Shown here: piece after piece, positions 1-14,292 of the stretch
How positions within the stretch are numbered: position 1 is the stretch's first letter
How the letters are laid out: every line of letters starts with the position of its first letter
Assembly: GCF_002113885.1 (NCBI RefSeq)
Contig: NW_018408783.1
Location: forward strand, 1,378,819-1,442,818
DNA length: 64,000 nt
DNA from: Mizuhopecten yessoensis
Lineage: Eukaryota
Direction of reading: 5' to 3'
Program-made: the position numbers and the translations under genes
Notes under the pieces: model-generated
What the model was told of the DNA's origin: nothing
Seen by the model: the letters and a program-made list of their open reading frames with translations, nothing else
Database searches by the model: none

Positions 1-1985
1 GACGATTTCATTATTTTTTGTTTTACATTACCCATACATACGATTTCATGTTTTCTGTTGTGCATTACTCATACGTTTGTCGAGTTCTTTTTTTCTGTTT
101 TAAATTACTCATACGTTAGCCGAGTTCTTGTTTTCTGTTTTACATTCCCCATACGTAAGATGAGTTCCTGTTTTCTGTATCTCATCACTCATACGTCAGA
201 CGATTTCCTGTTTTCTGTTGTACATTACTTATACGTCAGACGATTTCTTTTTTCTGTTTTACATTATTACCCATACATACGATTTCATGTTTTCTGATTT
301 ATATCAATCTCATACGTTAGACGAATTAATTATTTTCTGTTGTACATTACTCCTACGTCAGACGAGCTCATGTTTTCTGTTTACCTTACTCATACGTTAG
401 CCGAGTTCTTGTTTTCTGTTTTAAATTACTCATACGTCAGACCAGTTCATGTTTTCTGTTGCACATCAGCCATACGTTAGACGATTTTATTATTTTCTGT
501 TGTACATTACCGATACGTTAGATGATTCATGTATTCTGTTGTTCATTACTCATACGTCAGACCAGTTCATGTTTTCTGTTACACATCAGTCATACGGTAG
601 ACGATTTCAAGTTTGGGTTGTACATTTACCATACGTCAGACGATCTCATGTTGTCTGTTGTACGTTACTCATACGTTAGACGAATTAATTATTTTCTGTT
701 GTACATCAATTTTACGTTAGACGAGTTCTTGTTTTCTGTTTTACCTTACTCATACATCAGACGATTTCTTGTTTTCTGATCTATATCAATCATACATAAA
801 ATAATTTCATGTTTTGTTTCATGTATTCTGTTGTGCATTCCCCATACATACGATTTCATGTTTTCTGTTACACATCAGTCATACGTTATACGATTTAATG
901 TTTTCTGTTATATTTTATCCATACGTTAGACGGTTTCATTTTTTTTTTTTTTTTACATTACCCACACGTTAGATGGTTTCACGTTTTCTGTTTTACCTAA
1001 CTCATACATTAGACGATTTCATTATTCCCTGTTTTACATTACCCATACGGGAGACGCTTTCATGTTGATTGTTATACTTTACCCGTACTTTAGACGATTT
1101 AATGGTTTCTGTTATACATTCCCCATACGTAAGATGAGGTACTGTTTCTTCTGTATCTCATTACCCATACGTTAGACGATGTCATGTATTCTGCTGTACA
1201 TTACTCATACCTCAGTCGAGTTCATGTTTTCTGTTACACATCAGTCATACGGTAGACGATTTCAAGTTTGTGTTCTACATTTACCATACGTCAGACGAGG
1301 TCATGTTTTCTGTTGCGCATCAGTCATACGTTATACGATTTAATGTTTTATGTTATACATTACCCATAGGGTAGACGCTTTCATGTTTAGTTTTACATTA
1401 CCCATACGCAAGATGAGGTACTGTTTTTTCTGCATCTCATTACTCATACGACAGACGATTTCATGTTTTCTGTCGCACATTACTCAAACGTTATATGAGT
1501 TACTATTTTCTGTTTTTCATTACTCATACGTCAGACCAGTTCATGTTTTCTGTTTTTCCTTACTCATACATTAGACGATTTCATTTTTTTTTTTTTTTCA
1601 TTTCCCACAAATTAGATGGCTTCATGTTTTCTGTTTTACCTAACTCATACATTAGACGATTTCATTTTTTTTTTTTTTTTTTTCCTCTTTGTTAGGAGGT
1701 TTTTTTTTTTTTTTCCTCTTTGTTAGGAGGTTTTTTTTTTTTCTGTTTTAAATTACTCATACGTTAGACGATTTAATGTTTTCTGTTATACATTACCCAT
1801 ACGGTAGACGATTTCAAGTTTGTGTTGTACATTTACCATACGTCAGACGAGTTCATGTTTTCTGTTGCACATCAGTCATACGTTAGACGATTTAATGTTT
1901 TCTGTTATACATTACCCATACGGTAGACGCTTTCATGTTTATTGTTATACTTTACCCATATGTTAGACGTTTTCATGTTTTCTAT
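1..1985. repeat. Degenerate ~40-bp tandem satellite (consensus ~CATACGTTAGACGATTTCATGTTTTCTGTTGTACATTACT), running off the left edge
   Basis: CATACG(T/G)(T/C)AGACGA...TTTTCTGTT recurs about every 40 nt, interrupted by poly-T runs near 940 and 1580-1745. The ORFs called here are repeat translations. Confidence 0.93.
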
Positions 1986-3000
1986 TTCGCTTTAGGCAAC
2001 TCTTAGTCAGGTTACAATATTGTCTTGTATTCAGTTATCATTGTTATTATTAAAACTATCTATCTTACGAGAGACAGACACGAGGACCAATCAAAATAAA
2101 CCCCGTCTCTCATTTTGTTTGGTAAGAAGAAACTTATTTACAAATTATTTCTCCAGCACGAGGAAAATCATGGGCAGAAATATTACGTGATAATAACTAT
2201 GTTATTATTAGAACGTCATAAAACAGTGTGACGTTGCATTTTGGTACGTACAAAGTGCAGGTGAAGACCACGAGCTTTACATTAACCAATAAGCCACTTC
2301 CGTATAGACAACGTTGATCTTCAACGCTATAAGACTGAAAGTTGGAAAACTGATAGTAATGATGAAAACTTGTATCTCAATCAATATGTTGATGAAAATA
2401 ACAGGCCATGTGATTCCGTAGGTTCAAAGACCTTCCTTGTAGCATTTGACTTTTGTTTGTTACACCATATTATAATAAAGAAATCAAAATTAATAACATA
2501 CACGTAGGCCCATCAGAAGCTTACACTGAAATACAAAATGTACTTTATTCAAACAAAAGGCTTTAATTATCAAGTGGAAACACAGCTTACCATATCTGAC
2601 AAAGAACATGGGCTGTAATAACGAACCGGAAACTAAAGCAAATTGAAAATATGCAAATATGTTCAAAGTACGTATATTAATAAAGAGTTGTTGGCATGTT
2701 TTGGACATTAATCCAAATAGCATCAAGGTTTGGTACAACATATACAGCAAGGTTACACTTGTTAATTTTAAATTTGCATTTTAATATATAACGTAGAAAA
2801 AAATATCAATGCGGTAAACATTGTATTCAGTGGTTTTCTTTAATTAAACAATGCTTTGTAAATAAATGCAAGAGAAAATTAACCTTATATATCACGTATT
2901 TCGTATCTTCATTTCAGCACATTTACAAATATTAATAAAGACGCTTACGTAAATGTAGGCAAGCATTCTTACTGTGTCTGTATACTTTATTTGTATACAG

Positions 3001-6000
3001 GCCCAACCCAGTGGAGACAAAACGCTGACTGGAGCTGGCGAGACGGGATCGGGGGCTAAACGTAAAGGATCAAAGATGAGTAAGGCAGAAGTTACAAATT
3101 ATATCGGGGTCTTAAAGAAAAAGTTCGAGGTTTTAGGAATATCGTTAGATAATTATTTCACGAATAATAATGATATACCGACGATTCCGCCGACGGATGA
3201 AGACGACTGCCTGACAACTGAACCAGAAAAGGTTGAGAAACCCGCATCAAACATCCAAGCCATACTTGCACGACTCAGGGAGTTTATAACTATCGACAGT
3301 CCGTTAGCCCACCCAATGAGCGCAGGTGAGAATCTGTGAATCTACACATTTGTGCACCAATATGTTTTGTACATCAATATAGTATTGATGCTTTGGTATT
3401 CCTACACCAATTTTGAATATGCAGCACACGTCTCAGTGTAAATAGTATAACAGCACGAAACAAAAGCATTTTTTTCTGTTGGCAACAATCTGCATTACTA
3501 ATGTTTTTGTTTAGCATGGTCTGTTGACGTAAGTTTTAAGAAATTACATCGGATGTGTAGATTCAACGATTCTTATCAAACTGCATATACATTGCAATCT
3601 TTTATATATGAGTAATACGATTAATTCCCAATTAAAAAAGTTGTCAGGCAGCACAATTGAAAATATCATCAATGTTAACACCATATGCATGATCTAAGGT
3701 GTATACTCTATGCGACTGTTATTTATTGCAGATATTCCACAAGCTAGTGACCAGGCCGCTGCAGACAATCTATCAGAAATGGATAAATTAAAACTTGAAG
3801 TACTCAAGTTCTTCCAGAACAACCCGTCGGTAGAAGACATGTTCAAGGAAGACGGTACATATTAAAATTTTCTTTATCTGAAATTTCATGAAGATACAGT
3901 TTATGTGAAATAAAAACGCCTTTTCAATTTATTTTGAAAGAAAATGATCAACGAATATTGCCATTGCGTGCATGGCCCTTTTCAGATCTTGCAGCTATAT
4001 TACAAATACTGAGGTAGCACTATAAAGTCGGAAATGACCATAGCTGTTGATAGGAAGTTAAACAATACTAAACCAAATCAAACGTTACAAATACCCTCAG
4101 AATATAGGTTCAAATATTTCCAGGTTCAAACTAACACAGCTATAACGAAAAGAAAGTGTTCTATACATTAAATTGATTTATCATTTTCTTTTAGAGTCTG
4201 CTGCTAAGGTTGATGCTACATTAGCAGGTAAATATTACACGCGTTGAATTAAGATATAACATAACAAACATATTGTTTTGCACTGTTAACTGTTTTGAGG
4301 AGAGTTCAGCTACTTCGGGATGCATGAAGTGCACCAATATTTTAGAAAATATTTACTTATCGCACCATCTTTAACGCTGATCTGAACTTATTTGAGTACC
4401 TGCCTCCGTTATTCCATTCCGCAGCGCTTTGGGAGATTGCTTATCTTGATCTGGCCCGCTGTATTTTGCCACGCCTGTTGTGTGCATACATGTTGCTACC
4501 TGTGACACAATTAGTAAATCTATCTCCTCCAAATTCTCAGGTCAGGAAACAGAAAGTAAGGACAATGCCGACAGCATGTCTACCCCTACACCAGATATCG
4601 TAATGTCCAGCTTGGCAGGTGAGACAGGTGAGACAGGTGAGACAGGTTATGAGATACGTGCTGCCAACCCAAACGAGGTCGCACAAGATTACGCTTACTT
4701 TGAAGCTCCATCTCGATATAGGCACAAAAGAAGACGGTACAAAGCAAGGCGTCGAAAATCCAGAGCAAGGTCAACCGTGGTCTACAAGTCAAGGTCGAAA
4801 ACTGTGTACAAAGTCAACAAGTCCTCAAGGCCTCGTCAACAGGAGAGGCCGTCACCTAGGTCTAGGAAACGTAATTCCAGCAGACGAAGGATAAGAAAGA
4901 ATAGGTTGAGTGAGTGCTTTATATACGTTAAATAGTTTAGAGATATGGCATATACATCCAATGTTTGAACATGTATTCTCCTGTGGTGTCATGTTAATAT
5001 GCAAGTCTAATTATGAATAGTTAAACATAATGAAATACTTAACATATATTTGATAGTCATTTTATCGTCTTTATGATATCAATATTGATCACGAAAATCA
5101 ATATATTGACCAAACTATTAAACAATTACTATAAATTTAACCCATTTTAATTTCATTTTCAACATATTCTATTGACTTTGTATATGTCAATTTGATTGGA
5201 CATCAGGCTAGGCCCGTTTAAGTCCTAGTTTAACCCATATAAAATAGATATTCATTTTAAATTGATGATAAACCTGATATGTTAGCATTTAAATCTTGAA
5301 CATTTTTTTTCCGGTTTTAACGTAGGGACAAATAGAAGAATTAAAGGTAAGAGAAACAAACCTAAAGGGAAAACGAAGGAAAAAGAAACGAAAGAAAAGG
5401 AAACGAAGGAAAAAGAAACGAAAGAAAAGGAAACGAAAGAAAATGAAACTAAGAAGAAGCAATGCCTAACCAAGAAAGAAAAGGCTAAGGCCAAGGACAG
5501 TTCAAATAGCGACGAGAGCAAGGACGAAGAGACCAATGACAGTAACAAGAACAATGTAAAGACTGACAGTAGCAGAAGTGAGAGTATTAGTATAAGCAGT
5601 GAAGATAGTAGTAGTAGTAGCAGTAGTGAAGAAGACGATAAAGCTGCCAGTCAAAGAAGACCTCCTCCTAAGTTTCGTCGACAATATCGATACTATGAAA
5701 AATATTTGCAATATCACGAGAAATATCTCAAATACAAACTGAAATACATACAATGTTATAGATCCTCAAAACGAAACAAGAATAAGTCACCAAAATTAGA
5801 TGACGATGGCGAGGACGATGACGACGAAGATGTAAATGGAAAAGGAAATGACGACACTGACATTAGAAAGTGGCGGGCCTCTAAATCAAGTAATAATAAA
5901 AAGGACAGTACCAAGGATGATGATGAGGGTAATAGTAACAAGACGGGTAGTAGGAAAGATGACACCGACGACGACAACAAAGACTTGTACGACTATTCCG

Positions 6001-6287
6001 ACGAGAACGATATGGGGTATGATGATTACCTATTCCATACCGATTATGGTGGCATGGACTTTGACTATGGCGATGAAAGCGGATATTCGGATGAAAGTAG
6101 CCAGGACTATAGTAGCAGTGAAGAAGAGGAAAGCGGCGCCGACGTAAGTAAGGAATCTGATTCAGGAGAAGAATTGTCATCGAAAAGTGAGGAGAATATT
6201 AGTAAAGAGGATGATGATGATGATATTGATGATGATGACGCTTCCAGTAAAAGTACAGATGAGGAGTCGGATCACAGTGACGTTTAA
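3001..6287 (+). CDS. Multi-exon gene (5' end not found) for a >=603-aa low-complexity charged protein: R/K/S-rich block, KEKET repeats, Ser/Asp/Glu-rich C-terminus
   Basis: GT-AG exons join in frame without stops: 3001-3325, 3732-3854, 4195-4227, 4541-4909, 5326-6287 (TAA). All four internal introns are phase 1. A further phase-compatible exon is possible at 2308-2417. No start codon identified; function unknown. Confidence 0.8.
4010..4083 (+). mobile_element. 3' remnant of a probable SINE
   Basis: GAGGTAGCACTATAAA...AAATGACCATAGCTGTTGATAGG...AAACCAAATCAAAC tail. A related sequence occurs in reverse orientation at ~15580-15770, ~29560-29710 and ~56860-57040. Confidence 0.45.
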
Positions 6288-7299
6288 GATTCCGGAAACT
6301 GTCGATATTTTCTTAAATTTTAGATCACCAAAATCTTAGCGTGTTTTCAAAGTTACACTCTGTCATCGACCCACTGCGTTCAGTTTCTATAGCATGAAGG
6401 AAAGAAGAGAGAACACCCTGGACGGCAAATACAAGCGTTAAGGTTACACGTCTCAGTTGTCCACAGTTACACTCTGAAATGATTCAATGTACTGTATTTG
6501 CTTTAAAATATTTTGACTACGTAAAATGTTATATCAACATTTCCCAAGCTAAATCTAGGCTATGTATCTTCGTGTTTTAGCCAGGGTACGCATTGTTCCA
6601 TTGGTCCGCAGTCGGGAGGTCATTTGCGACGCTCTAGTAGCCCTTTCGCTTAACCGATACTTAGATCGGTTTGACATTTATTAAAATCTTGAAGTAACTG
6701 ATAGTGATCTTTTCTTATTCATCGACATTATCTCATAAGCGGCATGCATTGTACTATTATCGACAACTTAAAAAAAAATGTTGTTTTTATCAAAAGGAGA
6801 GGCATGATATGGTTTACAGCTTTGTAGTATTCAAGAGGTATGGCACTTTGAATGAACAATTGTAAATAAACACGTATAACATATAGATCATATACCTGTA
6901 TACACACCCAGGTTAAAATGATATATAATATAACTTAGTTATTGGCAGTTTCTGATAATATTCTTACACCCCAAGATGTAAACGCATGTAAGTACGATGT
7001 ATTGCGTTATAAACTCGTTAAATGATTAACGGTAACGTTGTAAATTGTTTGTTTCTCATCTAGTCTAAAACTAAATTTGACCTCAAAACGCCGCAGATTC
7101 CTCTTGGCAGCTTAATGACACTGAAGGACACCCTAACCGTCTATGATATCCTGGAGGCGAAAACAGATTATCCTTAACAAATATCAGTACATATACGACA
7201 TGGAATTAGGAATGGTGAATAAGAAGGACAATTGAATTTGTTTATTTTGTTTCTTGGTTTTTGTATCGCTTAACGGCCTATCACAAATATGAGTCATTT

Positions 7300-7850
7300 A
7301 GGGCGAATTAACACCGTGGAAATAGACATTCACAAAAACGAACATATCAAACTAAAACAAAATAGGTGAGATCATGAAAAGGCAATTAAAATACACCAGT
7401 GGCCAACGAATTGGTTATACAATACATAATATGTTATCGTAAAATTTAATGGAATGTAAATAGTCATATATATTAATTGCACAGAAATTGTATCACTTTT
7501 CAAAGACGGTACATTATAGGATATGTCACATGCGTGTTGGAAATCAGCTCATTCAATCATAAAACGTGTTTTTTCTGTAAATTTTGATAACATGCATGGC
7601 AATAAAGCTGGTCTCCAATACGTATAATCTAACTATGTGTGATGTATGCATAGTCTCCAGAGGAATTTCCTCCATGCGATCAGCTCTACTTGTTGCACAT
7701 GAGCCCACATAAGGTTGAATTTTTATATATTTCTTAAGGTTTATTTCTTCAGACCATTTATTTTGCCAAATCGTTTTAATTAAATTTACTGTGGTAGCTT
7801 TAAATTTCGAAAAAGGCAATTTGTCTATATTTCGGTTCTGGGGCAGTTGA
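7300..7850 (-). mobile_element. Degenerate 3' end of an I/Nimb-group LINE ORF2 (post-RNase H region); paralog at ~37030-37540
   Basis: The translation IKTIWQNKWSEEINLKKYIKIQPYVG..SRADRMEE resembles the WQxxW...K(L)xxIKP...RRxE region of I-group LINEs. Broken by frameshifts. Confidence 0.45.
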
Positions 7851-8820
7851 ATACGTGCCTGTAGCGTGATATACAAAGCATATAATCATAACCGATTCGC
7901 TGTCAAAGACAGACAACTGCATACAGAGTCTGTCGTCCATACCCCATTTAGTTATTTCATTTACTAAATGAAAGTAATATCAATCGAGTAAAGTAAAAGT
8001 ATAAGATACGGTTCACGTACTATCAGTAACAATTCGCAAATTCATCTTATTTTCACCGTTGAATACCATATAATTAATAATCTGACATTAATAATTTAGA
8101 AAAAAATGTATTGAACAAACTAAAGGTACTAATTGCAATTTTCCATTTGAGTGTTACATGCTTAACAATTAAATAATGGAGTGTTTCATAAGTAAATCAA
8201 CTTAAGTCACAAGTTGTTTATATGTAACAACTTTCAATTAACATCTGTTTTTCATTTTATGTGGTCATTTCAAACAAGAAATCGAAATCTCTTAACAATG
8301 TTGAATTGAACAATTGTAGATATGAATGCCGCGTCAATTAGATACATTGTACGATTAACATGACCCTTAGAGAGTTTGTTTAAACAATAAGGTCATAGGT
8401 CATAACTTGGTATTTATGGTACATGATTTGACACAAATACAGTACAGGGTTATAAGTCGAAGCCATACTTGTCGCCAACAGTTTAACGATAAATAATATC
8501 CCAGTTTGTATTAGGGTCACCATTCAGAGCCGCGCTGCATCAAAAGGAGGTATCCCTCTCAATTGTTATTATATGTCTGTCTGTTAATGTGTATAGGGTT
8601 TGACAATAACGTCCTCGCCACAGCTAAGGTGATTTGAAGACAGGTGCCAAGTGAGACATTGCCGAAAGGAGAGGGTAGGTAAGATAGAAAACAACAAATG
8701 TTGATCCCGAGTGTTTAAATTGGCGCAACAGGTCGATTTTGGTGTCTTCAAGGTACTGTTAGTAACCGGTACAGAAGACATACCATGTTGTCAGTTCGTG
8801 TTTGTGTATGTGACACAATA

Positions 8821-9150
8821 TTCTCCCATCCTTCACATGTGTGTCTCACGTTTTTAGCCGGTAAAGATCAGTTTGTCACCCATCTAGAGGGATATAGCCT
8901 CGTGCTGATTATCACATGTCCAATGGTGACGTCATTAAAATGCATCATCTGTAATTGTGACGGCATCAAAAGTGAATGACGATATACATACCCCACATGT
9001 GTTTTTTGTTTACAACGTGGCAGACTAGTGTCGGGGTGGTTCATTTGGTTGTCTAACCCTCGGCAGAACCTCGGGTTAGATAATCAAAAAACATCACCCC
9101 TCGGGTTGGTGATTTCTCTGTCACACCCTCAAGGCAGGGGAAGTTTATAT
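8821..9150. mobile_element. ~330-bp non-autonomous insertion with an internal hairpin, specific to copy A
   Basis: Copies B (~22541-22553) and C (~38618-38630) read GACACAATAGTCTC contiguously; copy A is interrupted here. Hairpin TTGTCTAACCCTCGGCAGAACCTCGGGTTAGATAA at ~9049-9083. Confidence 0.6.
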
Positions 9151-11951
9151 TAGTCTCCTCGTTTGGCATGAAGTAAGATACAGCAGGTCTTTTCGTTACC
9201 TTATCGAGGAAGCGTCTCTGTTACCTTGGTTATTAACGATTAACGGAGGAATAATTATTGTATTATATTATATAATGCATACCATATATATTTACGGCAA
9301 CAGCAGCAAGAGCAGTTGAACGTTCTAAAATGACATTTCCATCTAACAGAGCTTTTGTTAAAAATGTATTCTATTGTCGTTTATATATTTAATTTGTGTT
9401 GTCACTTATAAAGTCCAAATAACATTACATTCATTAACAACTACATATTTGTTTTTAATATACAGCAACAGTTTAGGTTAGTCGGCAACATTGTATTATC
9501 TCCTTTAGCTAAATAGTAAGAAAAGCATTCATATTAATTGCAGAACAATATCATCAAACGAATAGATAAGGAAAACCTATAGAAAACCATCATTTATATA
9601 ATAGTCAGTAACGTGCTAGTAAAGCATTCTCTCTCCTAAACGGATGAGGCAAGGTATGTACATGTACCTTTACGATGTTACAGTCAGAAAATTGACAAAA
9701 ACTAATTTTTATGCGATGTTTATTTACTTTAGATGATTTCAGTTTGCGCTTGTATTTTAAGAGTTGCCTATTTTCTCGCAGACGTTAAAATGACACATAA
9801 CGACGTTATGTTTACTATCTTAGCCATTACGGAACTCAATATTTTGAAATCAAACCATTTGCTTATTTAGTCCCTAGTCGGGCATTAAAAAACCAAAAAG
9901 GCAGTTCCTATACGGAGATCACCAGATGCATCTACAGTACGTATATGAGATTAACATAAACTAACTCTCTTACTCTATTGAATCTATCATATGTAAAGCG
10001 GAATGTTGGAGAGGCTTCAAGCAAAAGACCGTTTTAGATGTAAACAACTGATATTTTGATTTTGCATTACTGGGTTAAAGCTAGTTCCAAGAAAAAGGCA
10101 GACGTAATTTTACAAGATGTATTTTGCTCAAACACACAACCACAAATCGTTGTCGACGGGATCCAGTATCCTTCTCAGGTAAATAGAATATTCAGTGAAA
10201 TACTGACATATAAAACTACAAAGTGATTCCCCGATATATACTCTGTATTTATTGAAACGTTATCATCCCCATCTGCTGTCAACTCGTCCTCATACAGTCC
10301 ATAGTGGTGAGTCTATAGGTGAGTAATAAACGGCTTTTTATTTTATTATATTTTATGTTCGGTAGATTTTAAGACAGCATGAATTATTAAATAATCTTTA
10401 CGATCTAACGAAATATCATTTAAAACTAATAACGTAAGGTAGTTAATTTTCTCTCATTCCCCTGTGTGTAAAATAGAGCTGTCCAGGGTAAGAAAAGGAA
10501 AACGTGCCGTGCCGTTATAATGGATCAACAATGACGAGACGTCACCACTTTGTAAAGGCGACGTGATGAAATTAAAACATTTTACAATATATTTAACGCA
10601 CAAATTACAACGATGAGTTTGACTTTTCAGTGCAAACACAGCAAATATGGGGTATGCTTAATCTGGCTGACTGATTCGTTTTCGTTCATGGGAAAATTGA
10701 TATTTTCAAAATGGTAGCCAGTCCAAACGCATTTTCAGTTTTTGGGCTTTTTCTGGTAGTTGGAATGAGAGAAAAAAAAGCGCGTGCCCAACGTTGTAAG
10801 ATCGTTAAATTCCACCCTCGGGATTTTTCAAATTTGGAAAGCCTCGGGTTTGAAAACCCCTTCAGTGGGAGTGAAAGAGTCTTATAACATTACTTACCGT
10901 AGTGAGGGATAATCATCCCGTGAAATATGAACAATTTCTGTGTAGTAACGTGTTCTTAAAAAACCTTAAGATCGTTCCAGCGTAAAATGTTCATGTAAAG
11001 ATAAACTGTTTTATTAAATTGTTGATATTTTGTTATATATGGATTGAAAGGTTGTTTTCAATTTTCATGCCGGTATGAACACAAATCTGTTACATACATA
11101 TTGCTTGAAGCGTGCTAGTAACCGATTTGCGTTCATACTGGCATGATAATTAAAACAATGCCGTTCAATGCATATCTAAACACTTTTTTTCTATAGAAAA
11201 TATTGTTTACTTTTGTTTATTTATTCTTAAATTATTTACTGTATTTTGTTTATGCGTCGTGCTTTAAACGACAATGGCGCAACAGCCCGATTAAACTGAA
11301 ATTGGGGCCAATAATTAACCGTAGTCATTTTAGTGTTTGACGCAGGGGCATTCTCCATGTTACTAGAAGCGAAAGGACAAGACTCTCACTGAACAAGGTT
11401 AATCTATAGCTTCATAAGTAAACCACGTGTCACGTCACGATAGTTTTTGCTTTCAAACTCAAATGATATGCATTTCTAGTGGTAATGTTCATATAGAAGG
11501 TTTCAGCGCAAATGTAAATATAAATATATAATGTCCAGATTGAGTTGTGCACATTTTCTCCCATGCTTCGCATTCCCGAAATACATGTCTTACTGGACTC
11601 TTAAGACGACTTCCCTCCACACTTTTGAAAACTTCCCATTGCGTTAACTTTGTATGTAGTAGAACTAGCGCATCGTCATGCGCTCTTGGTGATGAACCGC
11701 AGCGTTGGGTTCACCATTGCAACACTAATCAATCACTTCTTTTTAAATCAGACAGATACATCTCAACTCTTGGGCTAAGATTAACACATGGTTAAACATC
11801 ACGTTTTGCTTGAAACATTCTTACCCGTGTTTCTGATTACTTTTTCTACATCATAAACGTTCGATATTTTCTATTACATTGTACATGCAATGTGAAACCG
11901 GCTTGGGCTAATGAAATATTGTTTCCTTAAACAGTGTCACACAACGGGGAA

Positions 11952-14080
11952 ATGGTGAAAAACATAGACGATTACAAAGTCAACGGTTCTGAGTGCGAGT
12001 CAGTTCCATTTAATGAAAGTGCTAACGAGGATGGAAAAGAGGAATGCCAGACGAAGGCCCCTATCACAGAATATCGATCATTTCTACACGAGATTCTTCA
12101 TAACGATGCCACTAGATTTAAGACACTCCTGAGTGTATGCGCCGCTTCAGGTTTCTGCATACTGGTTTGTTATATTGTCTTTGTTTGTATTAAATATGAG
12201 GATTTCATGTCTTCCATAGTGATTAAAATTTCCCGTTTCGTATTCCGGTCAACACTGGCCCATATCTTTTCGAGTTTTTCTGTGGGCAACAGCAGATATT
12301 CATAAATAAGTATATTTCATGATAGCCGTACCAGATTGAATTGTAGCTACAGTAGGTTAAGTGATATATATCTTCATGAATGTGTTTGATTCATATTCTA
12401 CGAAACTGAGTTTGATACAAAAAAAACATGTTTTTAAATGACAACGTCTATATATTTCCAGGGATGGACAAAAGACCAATTCGGACCTGCATTCTTAGAT
12501 ATTCTGCTCATCTGTGGTACAACCCTTGAAGAAGGGTCTATGTTCATGACGTCATATTTTATAGGAGGGTGCTGGGTTCTATTCTTGGAGGAGCTATTTA
12601 TTCCAGACTTAACAGATACCTTATTCTTGTAGTCGCCCTGACCTCTAATAGTGTCATGTTTGCCGTCATACCATGGTGTGCAGTATATGAAATGATGGTA
12701 CATGGTATTTCCGGTGGAGTGATGTCTGTTTGTATTTTACATTATCCTGGTTTATTGTACATTTGCTTTAAAAAAATGAAAAAGGGAGCAGTTCTTGTTT
12801 CTCTATTTATTAACATATACATAGTATTATCATCTCTAATGCATTTTTGAAGAACAGTGTGAATTTAAGCAAAAATATCCAAATGTAAAATCTGTATTAA
12901 GGATATTTTCTTTTCATATTGATTACAATATAATTTTACCGTAATCTGAATTACTGACCATTGAAATACTGTACGTCAAGGTTTCATCAGTTTCGTTGAT
13001 GCATGGATTTTTTATGTGCAGAAAAAAAAAATTTAATATGTATTTAAATAGGTTATTTATTCATGTCAATGGACTACTTTATGTATCATTTCAGCTTTAA
13101 TATCGATAGCAGCGTCAATCTGGGGAACTTCGGCGAGGGGTAGGGTGTATATGAACATCTTCTACGCTGCTTATGCTATCTTTGGATTCCTCTCGCCGAT
13201 TGTGACGTCACCGTTCTTGATTCCAACAACGACAGATGTCACGATATACAATGCATCTCTGAACGTATCTAACGAAATGTTCGATGACGTCAATGGAAAC
13301 GGCTCATACATCCGATCTATTCCGCAGTTAAATGCGACTCATACATAATCACCCGAGTCCAGATTTTAAATAGCTTTTTCAATTTCAGCTGGATTGGCAT
13401 TTTTGGTCACAATTTCATTCGTTGTGATATTTTTCAAATCACCACAACAATCAGAAAATAAAGTCAGGATCGACGAGCTACATTTCATTGGCGATCTTCC
13501 AATATTGATAAAGATACTTCAATTTGTAAATGTTGGAATAGTTTCAGCTGTGTTCGTTGCAATGAATTATTCATTTAGCGGCTTTCTGACAGTGTTTTGT
13601 GTTCAACATTTGCAATGGACAAAGACAGCCGGTTCCATGTTAACATCCGTGGCATTTTTTGCTTTGCTTTCCGGTAGGATCTTTGGAGCGGTACTGACAA
13701 ACTTCCTCAAACCAGTCCCTATGCTATTGCTTTCCATCATGTCGTGTACCGTAGGATTTGTTGGACTTTCAGTCAGCGCCATTTTTCTGGCTGATGTAGG
13801 AATATGGATATCTGTATGTGTTATAGGAACACCTTTGGGTGTCGTTTGGCCAAGTTTTCTGTGTTGGATCAACGATAATTTAATTCCACTTCGAGGTAAA
13901 GTGACTGCATATCTAATGATAACTGCCTTTGTTGGGGCGCTACTGAGTCCGATGTTGTTCGGATATATGATGGAAGAGGTATCGCCAATATGGTTCTGTT
14001 TTTTAAGCTTAGGAAAGGCTATAGTTACTATCATCAACGTGACATTTATTTCTCTGTACACGAGGTTCTCGCACAAATGA
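11952..14080 (+). pseudogene. MFS transporter (MFSD4/NaGLT1-like), copy A, pseudogene
   Basis: Exons 11952-12164, 12462-~12730, 13095-14080 match intact copy C. Lesions: 1-nt deletion near 12565 (ATAGGAGGGTG vs ATAGGAAGGGTG), loss of the IAAHVL codons near 12697, exon-2 donor GTAAGT>GTATTT, and in-frame TAA at 13346-13348 and ~13367-13369. Confidence 0.9.
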
Positions 14081-14292
14081 AAATAAAGCAGAACAGTAAA
14101 CATGTAGACAGATGAACATTTGAAAAGGAAAATAGACGAACATGAGACAGAGAGGTATTTTAAACGGGTAAATTAAATGCCCTTATACATCTTTAGAAGT
14201 GTTTAATGGATTCATAGGTTTCTGATTTACAATTTACTTTCCTTGGAGTAGATATATGTAATGAAATATACACGACAACTTTTTCTGTTGCT

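Noticed and set aside
1-1985. CRISPR-like array / short ORFs in the 40-bp repeat
   Set aside because: Monomers are contiguous and degenerate with no unique spacers, there are no cas genes and the context is eukaryotic; the ORFs are repeat translations.
13603-14103. Antisense ORFs over transporter exon 3 (also 28632-29066, 56014-56487) and over gag-pol
   Set aside because: Shadow frames of hydrophobic or long coding sequence; their conservation is explained by the sense gene.
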